A stretch of DNA of 64,000 bases from Fidelibacterota bacterium SCGC AAA160-B08 (GCA_000402755.1 AQSD01000004.1:1366-65365), one strand, 5' to 3'. Shown: positions 17,611 to 25,767, counted from the stretch's first letter. The notes: a model not told the origin generated them from the sequence alone. Translations and numbers: made by a program.

Positions 17611-18084
17611 ATGGCTAAAAAACAAACATTTACTTCAAAGTTAGGCAAAGACGAAAAGAGCTTTAAATTTGTCAAACATATCAAGACAGTTACATCTGAG
17701 CAATCTGGACATATAAAATTTATTGCTAATATGGTTCGTCTTGAGGAAACTGAAAACATTGATCAAGCTTTGAAACGTATGGAAGAAGAAGCTTCTGTAA
17801 CGTTAGCGTTCGGTGAAAGTACCGATACTGAAGAAGTTGTAACTGAAGAAACACCAGCTGAGGAAACACCAGCTGAAGAAACTCAAGAAGAAGCATCTAC
17901 TGATAAAGAAACCCCAGTAGAAGATGCTCCAACCGAAGAAGCGCCTGCTGAAGAAGAAATTCCAGCAGAAGATGCTCCAACCGAAGAAGCGCCTGCTGAA
18001 GAAGAAATTTCAGCAGAACAATCTTCCGAATCGGTACCTGAAGAAGATTCAGCTAAACAAGCTGATGAATCCTCCAAAGAATAA
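17611..18084 (+). CDS. hypothetical protein: basic DUF4295-like N-terminus + acidic E/P/A/T tandem-repeat tail
   Basis: 157 aa. The first ~45 aa (MAKKQTFTSKLGKDEKSFKFVKHIKTVTSEQSGHIKF) resemble the small Bacteroidota DUF4295 proteins (from memory). The remainder is low-complexity acidic repeats. Confidence 0.6.
   Translation: MAKKQTFTSKLGKDEKSFKFVKHIKTVTSEQSGHIKFIANMVRLEETENIDQALKRMEEEASVTLAFGESTDTEEVVTEETPAEETPAEETQEEASTDKETPVEDAPTEEAPAEEEIPAEDAPTEEAPAEEEISAEQSSESVPEEDSAKQADESSKE
17848..17877 (+). repeat. 2 x 15-bp tandem repeat (GAAACACCAGCTGAR; ETPAE)
   Basis: Two direct copies read from the sequence, with one synonymous difference. Confidence 0.9.
17920..18015 (+). repeat. 2 x 48-bp near-perfect tandem repeat inside the CDS (EDAPTEEAPAEEEI[PS]A)
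   Basis: GAAGATGCTCCAACCGAAGAAGCGCCTGCTGAAGAAGAAATT(C/T)CAGCA occurs at 17920 and again at 17968, with one mismatch. Confidence 0.9.
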
Positions 18085-18093
18085 TTAATTATT

Positions 18094-18179
18094 GGAGAGG
18101 TGGCCGAGTGGTTTAAGGCGCACGCTTGGAAAGCGTGTAAGGTTAATAGCTTTCGCAGGTTCGAATCCTGTCCTCTCCG
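18094..18179 (+). tRNA. tRNA-Ser (anticodon GGA), class II
   Basis: Acceptor GGAGAGG/CCTCTCC, anticodon stem CACGC/GCGTG, loop TTGGAAA, long variable arm, T-loop GGTTCGAATCC, discriminator G. Confidence 0.9.
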
Positions 18180-18190
18180 CAAGCATTTAT

Positions 18191-18430
18191 ATGAACACAA
18201 CTTTACAAATCAAAGATATAGATAGAATTATTGAAATGGCCTGGGAAGATAGAACGCCATTTGAAGCTATTGAGTATCAGTTTGGATTAAAGGAAAATGG
18301 TGTTCGCAAGATAATGAGAGATACTCTCAAGAGAAGTTCTTTTAAATTATGGAGAGAACGAGTCAAAGGAAGAAAGACAAAGCATCTCATAACATCGAAA
18401 TCAACAAGATTTAAATCAAAGAATCAGTAA
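18191..18430 (+). CDS. DUF2805/TIGR03643-family small protein
   Basis: 79 aa from the first ATG after the tRNA. MAWEDRTPFEAIE.QFGL.E..V...MR..LK..SF.LWRERV.GR.TKH matches my memory of this family. The track ORF N-terminus is read-through of the tRNA. Confidence 0.65.
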   Translation: MNTTLQIKDIDRIIEMAWEDRTPFEAIEYQFGLKENGVRKIMRDTLKRSSFKLWRERVKGRKTKHLITSKSTRFKSKNQ

Positions 18431-18451
18431 ATAAAACCAAGGATATAAATT

Positions 18452-18607
18452 ATGAAAGAATTTAACAGCGAAGAAAAAATGTTAGGTATTGGTATTGGCT
18501 TAACTTTCGGTGTCGTATTTGGTGTACTGATAGATAATGTAGGACTAGGTATAAGTTTAGGTCTTGCTATCGGTGCAGGTGTAGGACAATATTTTAAAAA
18601 AAAATGA
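18452..18607 (+). CDS. small glycine-zipper membrane protein (51 aa; below the ORF-track cutoff)
   Basis: ATG 18452 to TGA 18605-18607. It encodes MKEFNSEEKMLGIGIGLTFGVVFGVLIDNVGLGISLGLAIGAGVGQYFKKK, with two GxxxG-rich hydrophobic helices. The opposite-strand track ORF 18424-18639 looks like its shadow. Confidence 0.55.
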   Translation: MKEFNSEEKMLGIGIGLTFGVVFGVLIDNVGLGISLGLAIGAGVGQYFKKK

Positions 18608-18654
18608 TAATTAATTTTAAAGAAATTAAAAAAAATCATTACTAAGTTTTGTAT

Positions 18655-19086
18655 ATGAAAAATATAATCCCAATCCTATTTCTATCATTAGTTTTTGCAC
18701 AGGACAGTGTTTACGATAAAATAGTTGAAGATCACAATAAAGCTGTACAGGATATTTTTGATGAACAAATCGTAGAGCAAAATAAACAACTAGAGCGTAT
18801 TTTAGCTAAGGAAGACTATAGCACACTAACAACTCAAGCATATAGTAGCGCCTTAGGTTTTTTTGCATCTTATGCAACAGAGAGTCCTATTCCTTGGATA
18901 ATTGGCTCTACTATAGTACCTCTTATGAAGATACGAAAAATTAATAAGAGCAATGACTCTATAGAGCTTAAAAATGAAAGAAAAAAAAGAGTTAAAAGAA
19001 ATGTGCAATTGGGATCTATTCCTTTTTTAAAGTGGTATATCATATTATTCCGAACACCTAAAGCAATAATTGATAATATTTCTTAG
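18655..19086 (+). CDS. hypothetical secreted/membrane protein
   Basis: Signal peptide MKNIIPILFLSLVFAQD, a coiled acidic region, a hydrophobic segment and a basic tail. No family recognised. Confidence 0.5.
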   Translation: MKNIIPILFLSLVFAQDSVYDKIVEDHNKAVQDIFDEQIVEQNKQLERILAKEDYSTLTTQAYSSALGFFASYATESPIPWIIGSTIVPLMKIRKINKSNDSIELKNERKKRVKRNVQLGSIPFLKWYIILFRTPKAIIDNIS

Positions 19087-19144
19087 TGAATAATCTTAAA
19101 ATTGAGAGATTGGGGATTATTATTGACTCTAAGATGTCAGGCCT

Positions 19145-19672
19145 ATGAAAAAAGTAATTATTGGCTCAAAGAACCCAATTAAGATCAATGCTACAAAATT
19201 AGCATTTGAGCAGATGTTTCCAGAACAGATTTTTGAATTTAATGGAGTGAATGTTTCCTCCAATGTCGACGATCAACCTTCTACGGACAGTGAAACCTTA
19301 GATGGTGCTAAGAATCGTTCTAATAATGTAAAAATAGAATGTCCAGATGCAGACTATTGGGTTGGTATAGAAGGTGGTATTGAAAAGAAAGACCATCAGA
19401 CCGAAGTATTTGCTTGGATGTTTATTCAGTCTAGTACGATAGAAAGTAAATCACGTACTGCTACCTTTAATTTACCAAAAAAAATTAGTGAATTAATTGA
19501 TTCTGGTATGGAGCTAGGTGATGCAGATGATATTGTATTTAATCGCAAGAATTCAAAACAAAATAATGGGGCGGTAGGTATTTTAACTGGAAACTTAATT
19601 GATAGAGAAAAATACTATACCCATGCTATTATCATGGCATTGATTCCGTTTAATAATATGGACCTTTACTAA
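19145..19672 (+). CDS. yjjX: inosine/xanthosine triphosphatase (YjjX/DUF84 family non-canonical NTPase)
   Basis: 175 aa. It aligns by eye along its full length with E. coli YjjX (GSKNPIKI.A, V.S.V..QP, GA.NR, DYWVGIEGGI, RTATF.LP, GAVGILTG, Y.HAI..AL.PF). Confidence 0.8.
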   Translation: MKKVIIGSKNPIKINATKLAFEQMFPEQIFEFNGVNVSSNVDDQPSTDSETLDGAKNRSNNVKIECPDADYWVGIEGGIEKKDHQTEVFAWMFIQSSTIESKSRTATFNLPKKISELIDSGMELGDADDIVFNRKNSKQNNGAVGILTGNLIDREKYYTHAIIMALIPFNNMDLY

Positions 19673-19691
19673 AAAGTATTTATATTTCGTC

Positions 19692-19880
19692 ATGTTTAAA
19701 GTACTCTCAGAACTGCGATCTAATACAAAAAAGCTTGGACTTAAAGCTGCTATCAAAATGATGTTTAAGCAATATGGCTGGAAAGTTGGAATGGCTATTT
19801 TTATGTACTACTTAATTCGAGATGTAACTCTTTATATTATTCTACCGTATCTCATCATGAAAGGTTTCTTTTCAGGATAA
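19692..19880 (+). CDS. hypothetical small membrane protein
   Basis: 62 aa: a basic N-terminus followed by one or two hydrophobic helices. It is tightly spaced with the next gene (4 nt). Confidence 0.4.
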   Translation: MFKVLSELRSNTKKLGLKAAIKMMFKQYGWKVGMAIFMYYLIRDVTLYIILPYLIMKGFFSG

Positions 19881-19884
19881 TATT

Positions 19885-20310
19885 ATGAAAGTACCTACAA
19901 TACTCAGAAAGTGGCTTGTATTTCACTTTTACTTCGATTATGCGGTTGCTATACCCATATTCATTGGCGCAGAGCAAATCCCCGTTTTTTTTCCTGAGTA
20001 CCCATTAGATACTGTATCGCTGAGAATTGTAGCAGCAGCATTGTTTGGTATAGGATTTAGCTCGCTTCAAGCTTCAGAGTTAGATTATCCTAGCATGGTT
20101 AAAAAATTACGTTGGGCAGTCATTTGGTCTGGAACTGCATGGTTGGGTATTTTGATATCACTTTTAAATGGAGGACATCCACTCAATTGGCCTTTCTTTA
20201 TAGTCTTTATCCTGTTTAATGTACTATGGTCTTATTATGCATATAAACTAGGATCGTTTAATAATTTCTTTGGTAGTGTTAAGAAGTTATTGTTCTTTGA
20301 TTTTGACTAA
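19885..20310 (+). CDS. hypothetical integral membrane protein (4 predicted TM)
   Basis: 141 aa with four hydrophobic segments. No family recognised. Confidence 0.5.
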   Translation: MKVPTILRKWLVFHFYFDYAVAIPIFIGAEQIPVFFPEYPLDTVSLRIVAAALFGIGFSSLQASELDYPSMVKKLRWAVIWSGTAWLGILISLLNGGHPLNWPFFIVFILFNVLWSYYAYKLGSFNNFFGSVKKLLFFDFD

Positions 20311-20313
20311 ATA

Positions 20314-21033
20314 TTATCTTTCAAGAATACCTGGCATAGACACTATATTAAACTTTACTTCAATTTGATCTTTAATAACCTTATCCATTGTAGTTTTTTT
20401 GGTAGTTTGCATATCATTCCAAAAAGATTGAGCGTCATCTAATTTCATTTCAGAACGGTATTGAACACCAAAATCTATTCGATTAAATTTCATAGTTCCA
20501 GATGCAGATTTAATATCAGATCCTAGATCTACAAGAGCTGTAAATATAACAGGCTTTGTAACAGATTTAATGGTTAAGTCTCCAGAAATTTCCATATTAT
20601 ATTTTCCATTAGATTGTTTTTCTAAGATTTTTGAATTTTTAATCTTCAAAGAAGCTACAGGAAAGCGCTCAACATCAAAAAAGTCTTGGCTTCTTAGGTG
20701 CCCAATTAAGTACTCTTTTTTACTATCCGAAAGATCAATGTTTGTCATAGATATCATATTAATTACAATACTTCCAGATATTTTATTGCCTTCATTTAAA
20801 TAAATATTTCCAGACTTTAATTTTAAATTTCCACTATGATTTTTGTTAACAACCTTTAGCCCACCTTTCCATTCCAGGCTACTAGTTCTGCTATTTATAA
20901 TGATAGTTGGGGCAGCACTAGCTTTGCGTTCAACTTGTTTTTGCTGCCCAATACTTTTAAGAGTTTCTCTGTTATTTGTTGACTGCGCCATTAGTGGAAT
21001 CGTAAGGCATAGTATCAATAATATTTTTTTCAT
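20314..21033 (-). CDS. YceI-family periplasmic (polyisoprenoid-binding-like) protein
   Basis: 239 aa with signal peptide MKKILLILCLTIPLMAQS. The S.LEWKG......HSG.L.L..G pattern and C-terminal beta-rich region are typical of YceI. Confidence 0.7.
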   Translation of the reverse strand: MKKILLILCLTIPLMAQSTNNRETLKSIGQQKQVERKASAAPTIIINSRTSSLEWKGGLKVVNKNHSGNLKLKSGNIYLNEGNKISGSIVINMISMTNIDLSDSKKEYLIGHLRSQDFFDVERFPVASLKIKNSKILEKQSNGKYNMEISGDLTIKSVTKPVIFTALVDLGSDIKSASGTMKFNRIDFGVQYRSEMKLDDAQSFWNDMQTTKKTTMDKVIKDQIEVKFNIVSMPGILER

Positions 21034-21128
21034 TAAAGTCCTTTGTTTGCTTTTAAAGTTTTATCTAATAAATTGGTGAGCAAAAAATTACTATATATAT
21101 ACAATTCATACAATTAAATTTAATATCA

Positions 21129-21215
21129 GGAGGCGTGGCAGAGCGGTTGAATGCACTAGTCTTGAAAACTAGCAAGGGTGAAAGCCCTTCAGAGGTTCGA
21201 ATCCTCTCGCCTCCG
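21129..21215 (+). tRNA. tRNA-Ser (anticodon TGA), class II
   Basis: Acceptor GGAGGCG/CGCCTCC, anticodon stem CTAGT/ACTAG, loop CTTGAAA, long variable arm, T arm AGAGG-TTCGAAT-CCTCT, discriminator G. Confidence 0.9.
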
Positions 21216-21217
21216 CA

Positions 21218-22624
21218 ATGAATAAGCCTATTGTCAGATTTGCTCCAAGCCCGACAGGGTACCTACATATTGGTGGAGCAAGAACAGCTCTTTTTAATTG
21301 GTTGTACGCTAAGAAAAATGGCGGAAAATTCCTTCTTAGGATTGAAGATACTGATTTAGAAAGATCAAAATCAGAGTATATTGATCAAATTACAGACGCC
21401 TTAAGTTGGTTAGGATTTGATTGGGATGATAATATTGTCCTGCAATCAAATAATAAATCACGTCATCAAGAAGTTATAAATCAAATGATTCAATCAGGAA
21501 CAGCTTATAGGTGTTTCTTGTCAAAAGAAGAGCTAGATGCATTGCGCACAGATTCAGAAAAAAAGAAAGAATTATTTCGAGTTCCAAAAACATATAGAGA
21601 CTATTCGCTGGAGCAACAACAAGTATTGATAGATCAAGGTAAGTCATCTACAGTTCGTTTAAAAATACCGGATGGTATAACCGAATTTACAGACTTGGTA
21701 TATGGAAATATTAAAGTGAATAATAAAGAATTGGATGACTTCATTATTGCAAGATCTGATGGATCTCCAACTTATAATTTTGTTGTAGCTATAGATGACT
21801 CTGATATGAACATTTCTCATGTGATAAGAGGGGATGATCATTTAGCGAATACACCAAAACAAATACTAGTTTATAATGCATTAGGATTGACGTTACCTAC
21901 ATTTGCTCACATGCCTATGATTTTAGGTTCTGATAAGAAAAGATTGAGCAAAAGACATGCAGCTACTAATGTCCAAGAGTATAGAGAAAAAGGATTTACT
22001 GCTACAGCAATGATTAACTACCTTTCTTTATTAGGTTGGAATCCAGATTCAGATCAAGAAATATTCAACGTAGCTGACTTGATAAGTGCTTTTAATTTCA
22101 ATCAAGTTCAGAAAAAGCCAGCTACCTTTGATGAAAAGAAATTATTATGGGTTTCTGGTCAACAGATGGCCACTATGAATACTAAAGTCGCTATAAGTGA
22201 ACTTGAGTCTTTGAGCGATAAATGGGGATTAAATCAAGACCTTAAGTATAAAAATAATGTGGTTGATTTAATCAAAGATAGATCAAAAACATTAAATGAT
22301 TTAATTGAGATTTCAGATGTATTCTTTCAGGACGATATTATATACGATAAAGATATGAGTCTGAAGATACTAGATGAAAGTTCTGTACAAATACTAACAG
22401 ACCTATATGAAGCTTTAAAAATAGAGGAGGGTTGGAAAAAAGATATACTTGAATCTATTTTTGACAATCTAATGACTCAGCATGAATTAGGATTAGGAAA
22501 ACTTATTAAACCAGTACGATTTGCATTAACAGGTCTTGGTTATGGACCCGGAATATTTGATATGATGCTTTTGCTTGGAAAAGATAGATGTTTGCTTCGC
22601 TTATCGGGAGCACTTAAGTTATAG
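21218..22624 (+). CDS. gltX: glutamate--tRNA ligase
   Basis: 468 aa with VRFAPSPTGYLHIGGARTA (HIGH) and KLSKRH (KMSKS). The N-terminus aligns with the canonical GltX start, so ATG 21218 is credible. Confidence 0.95.
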   Translation: MNKPIVRFAPSPTGYLHIGGARTALFNWLYAKKNGGKFLLRIEDTDLERSKSEYIDQITDALSWLGFDWDDNIVLQSNNKSRHQEVINQMIQSGTAYRCFLSKEELDALRTDSEKKKELFRVPKTYRDYSLEQQQVLIDQGKSSTVRLKIPDGITEFTDLVYGNIKVNNKELDDFIIARSDGSPTYNFVVAIDDSDMNISHVIRGDDHLANTPKQILVYNALGLTLPTFAHMPMILGSDKKRLSKRHAATNVQEYREKGFTATAMINYLSLLGWNPDSDQEIFNVADLISAFNFNQVQKKPATFDEKKLLWVSGQQMATMNTKVAISELESLSDKWGLNQDLKYKNNVVDLIKDRSKTLNDLIEISDVFFQDDIIYDKDMSLKILDESSVQILTDLYEALKIEEGWKKDILESIFDNLMTQHELGLGKLIKPVRFALTGLGYGPGIFDMMLLLGKDRCLLRLSGALKL

Positions 22625-22626
22625 CG

Positions 22627-23103
22627 ATGACTCGTTTATTTGTTATATTTTGTTTATCAGTTAATTTATATTCTCAAACTAATTTTCCAAATACTACAGT
22701 ACGTTCAATGGATAATAAAACTATCAATCTCCATAGCTTAACAGCTGAGGTATCGTTTGTTAGTTTTTGGGCAACATGGTGCCTTCCATGTATCAAAGAG
22801 ATTGATAAATTAAATGAATTTATTCACGAATATAGCGATATATCTGTCATATTGATCAATGAAGATAGGCCTGGAGATAAGGCTAAGGTAAAGGGATTCA
22901 TTCGTTCAAAAAAATATCCAATTGATGACAATTATCACGTCGTATTTGATACCAATAGTAAGTTATCTAGACAATTTAATGCTCAGCCAATCCCTCTAAC
23001 TTTGATTGTTAAAAACAATAAGGTTATTTATCGTAAGCGTGGATTCTACCTTGGTGATGAGGTTGAATTGAAAAAACAATTGGATAAAGCGTTGAATGAT
23101 TAA
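22627..23103 (+). CDS. TlpA/ResA-like periplasmic thiol:disulfide oxidoreductase (redoxin fold)
   Basis: 158 aa with a signal peptide, the active site FWATWCLPC, and a cis-Pro region QPIPLTLIV. Confidence 0.8.
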   Translation: MTRLFVIFCLSVNLYSQTNFPNTTVRSMDNKTINLHSLTAEVSFVSFWATWCLPCIKEIDKLNEFIHEYSDISVILINEDRPGDKAKVKGFIRSKKYPIDDNYHVVFDTNSKLSRQFNAQPIPLTLIVKNNKVIYRKRGFYLGDEVELKKQLDKALND

Positions 23104-24811
23104 TAGAGTATTTATTAACATCCTTTTACTTGGATGCGCTTACAGTCAAGGAGTAGCTATTGATACTTCAAATCAAATATCTGCACGATATGGTGATAGC
23201 GATAATGATTATAGTTATAGTGAGATATATCTCAATACAAGACTATCTATTGATCGATCAAATTATCGATTAGAATCAATTTTTACTTTTGAGATAAGCG
23301 ATCCTCCTGAAATTGGATTAAATGAGCAGGGTCTTCGCAATTTCTTAGTTGGAATCTATAATGATAACTTTTCATTGGAAGTCGGTGATGTATACCAAAC
23401 ATGGGGAAGAGGACTTCTTTTAAATCAGTTAGATTATCAGAGCTTAGATTTTGATACAGGTTCAAGGGGTTTGGGTATGCAATTTCGTAATGAATTTAGA
23501 GAGTTGAATATTATCGCTGGGAATACTAGTAGTCGTAAGAGCACAACAGTGTTAGGTGGATACGATCCTAGAATACCTAATTATTTTGTAGAACAATTTA
23601 TTTATGGAGCAGATATTAACTTTAGTCTTGGAGAATCTAATATCGGCGCATCTTTGTTGGCGGTAGATGAAGATGAAAGATCTCTTTCGCATACTTTAAC
23701 CAATCTGCGTATAGATAAACCGTATAAAAATGGTGAGTTTTTTATGTCCGCTATTAATAAGGTTTCTGAAAAAGATGTATATCCATTAGAAATTTTTTAT
23801 CCTAAAAAAGATGGTGGAGGTTTTTACATATCCAACACCAATTACTTAAAAGATTGGGCATTGACTTCGAGTTATCGAAAGTTTTCAATCGATATAAATA
23901 ATCCAGGGAATCGAGATAACATAGTAGATAATTATGGACAAGCATTAGATATTCAACGCTCACCAAGCGGTTTTTATCAGCATACATTTAAATTGCTAAG
24001 TAGAAATTCAAAAGAAGTGAATCTTAATGATGAGATTGGAGTAGAGATCCAATTATTAGGCCCTATTAATCACAATGCTAATATTTCAATTAATTATATG
24101 AAGTCAAGCAGTTCGAAGCAATGGTATAACGGGCAAGGCATACTTATAGGTGAATGGTTTAGCGACAATAATTCTTTTCTACCTTCAAGTAGTCAAAGTT
24201 CGTATCCATTTGAAGAAATATTTATTGAGTTTAGTGGATATAATCCAGGTGGAAATATTTTTTATAAAGTTGGTATAGATTTTCAACAGCAAGTATTTAA
24301 TGTTTTATCTAATTCAGCAGAAGTCAAATCTTTTGAAATAACTGAATCCTTTACAGTTCCATTTTTAGTAAGCGTTGTTGTAAATCCATTATGGAATATT
24401 GAGCTTCAGTTGGAGTTACAAAAACTTAAAACAGGGTTTGATACTACTTTCATATCAGATGTTGATGGAATTGACGACAACTATTCCTTTTATTCACTTT
24501 TGGATGAAGACTATCAAAAAAATCTATTCTTAGCATTGTCAGCAAATTATAATCAAAAATGGTCTTTTAATGTTGCTCATGAATCGACAAATAGCGATGA
24601 ATCTTTGCTCAATAGCGGTCAAAGCAATTCATTTGATAGCTCCAATGAATGGAATGCAATGTCTATGGCATATAAGTTTGATTCTGACCATACGCTTGAA
24701 TTATTTTATGGTTCTATACGCGGCGGGCTTGATTGTACTAATGGCGTATGTCGATATATACAGGCATTTGATGATGGTATAAGAATTGACTACAGCCATA
24801 ATTTAGATTAA
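23096..24811 (+). CDS. hypothetical beta-rich envelope protein (possibly outer membrane; DUF6029-like, tentative)
   Basis: 571 aa with signal peptide LLLGCAYSQG. Alternating Y/N/S/G-rich beta-strand-like composition, and a conserved-looking C-terminal GGLDCTNGVCRY motif. The family name is from memory only. Confidence 0.45.
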   Translation: MINRVFINILLLGCAYSQGVAIDTSNQISARYGDSDNDYSYSEIYLNTRLSIDRSNYRLESIFTFEISDPPEIGLNEQGLRNFLVGIYNDNFSLEVGDVYQTWGRGLLLNQLDYQSLDFDTGSRGLGMQFRNEFRELNIIAGNTSSRKSTTVLGGYDPRIPNYFVEQFIYGADINFSLGESNIGASLLAVDEDERSLSHTLTNLRIDKPYKNGEFFMSAINKVSEKDVYPLEIFYPKKDGGGFYISNTNYLKDWALTSSYRKFSIDINNPGNRDNIVDNYGQALDIQRSPSGFYQHTFKLLSRNSKEVNLNDEIGVEIQLLGPINHNANISINYMKSSSSKQWYNGQGILIGEWFSDNNSFLPSSSQSSYPFEEIFIEFSGYNPGGNIFYKVGIDFQQQVFNVLSNSAEVKSFEITESFTVPFLVSVVVNPLWNIELQLELQKLKTGFDTTFISDVDGIDDNYSFYSLLDEDYQKNLFLALSANYNQKWSFNVAHESTNSDESLLNSGQSNSFDSSNEWNAMSMAYKFDSDHTLELFYGSIRGGLDCTNGVCRYIQAFDDGIRIDYSHNLD

Positions 24812-24858
24812 CTTTGTTAGACTTGTAAAATAATCACTTTCTGGGGAAGGGAAAAATA

Positions 24859-25743
24859 GTGAAAAATTATAAAAAATTTCTAGTATTAAGTATAGTCAGT
24901 TCTATGCTAATTATGTCTTGTTCTAACGGTGGAAGTAGTGTTAATGCTTCAACAGATAGTACTTCAGAGACTGGCGGCAATGACGGTAGCGCAGTTAATG
25001 TTAAATCAAAAGTTTTGATGGAGTTGTTTACTTCAACTACATGCGGACCTTGTTTGCCACAAAATACAAAATTAAACCAATATTTAGATCCTACATCTTC
25101 GGTTTATGCAGAAGATTTAGCAGATGATTGGATTGTATTACGATATCATGTATGGTGGCCATCTGCAGGCGATCCTTACTATGATTGGAATACTGCTCCT
25201 GTAATCAATCGTGAAGCTTATTATGATGTAGGATATGTTCCTCATATGTATACACAAGGATGGACTGATTCGGGTGGTAGTGCACCTACATGGAGAACTA
25301 ATGCAAGAGCAGCTGTTGATGGTGTCTCACCTTTTAATGTTCAATTAACAGGTACAAGAGATGGATATAATATTAGCGGAAATGTCACAGTGGCTTCAGC
25401 TGGAGATGTAAACAATCTTGGATTTAAGCTTTATGTTGCAGTAACGCATGATAATTCACAATACTCAGCACCAAATGGTCAAGTAATATTTGATCAAACA
25501 TTTATTGATTTTTTAACACTTGATAGTTCTTCTGGATCAGTTTCTTATGGAGAGCCATTAAATCTTGGCGTAGGAGAAACTTATACCAAAAGCTATAATT
25601 GGACATTAGATGATAATTGGCCAAACGACTCAAATGTATCTTGGAGTGTAGAAGAATTAACTCTTGTTGCCTTTGTTCAATTTGACGGCACTGGACCTAA
25701 TCAGAAAAAAATATTCCAGGTTGAAGCTCTTAGTTTTGATTAA
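24859..25743 (+). CDS. thioredoxin-fold lipoprotein (Omp28-related-like) with CGPC motif
   Basis: GTG start with a GGAAGGG SD. Lipobox LIMSC. ELFTSTTCGPCLP resembles the Omp28-related EEFTG.WC..CP motif (from memory). Confidence 0.6.
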   Translation: MKNYKKFLVLSIVSSMLIMSCSNGGSSVNASTDSTSETGGNDGSAVNVKSKVLMELFTSTTCGPCLPQNTKLNQYLDPTSSVYAEDLADDWIVLRYHVWWPSAGDPYYDWNTAPVINREAYYDVGYVPHMYTQGWTDSGGSAPTWRTNARAAVDGVSPFNVQLTGTRDGYNISGNVTVASAGDVNNLGFKLYVAVTHDNSQYSAPNGQVIFDQTFIDFLTLDSSSGSVSYGEPLNLGVGETYTKSYNWTLDDNWPNDSNVSWSVEELTLVAFVQFDGTGPNQKKIFQVEALSFD

Positions 25744-25767
25744 TAAGTTTCGGTCTTATTTACATAT

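Noticed and set aside
17883-18200. ORFs that read through tRNA genes: 17883-18200 (-), the N-terminal extensions of 14552-15355 and 18092-18430, and 42449-42670 (-).
   Set aside because: Their sequences are translations of tRNA cloverleaf DNA or of the antisense of the acidic repeat. The downstream in-frame ATGs give sensible proteins instead.
14404-21215. Possible tRNA-flanked genomic island between the tRNA-Cys/Leu pair, tRNA-Ser(GGA) and tRNA-Ser(TGA). The cargo is miscellaneous: hydrolase, VOC, membrane proteins, YjjX, YceI.
   Set aside because: There is no integrase, recombinase or phage gene. I could find no direct repeat of a tRNA 3' end that would mark an att site, and no obvious compositional break. 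The content is small-metabolism and housekeeping genes.
25742-25760. A small hairpin AATAAG-N7-CTTATT between the Omp28-like gene and tRNA-Arg, considered as a terminator.
   Set aside because: The stem is 6 bp and all but one pair is A-T, with no U-tract. It sits only 7 nt before the tRNA, so it would leave no promoter space. It is more likely incidental or a processing element.
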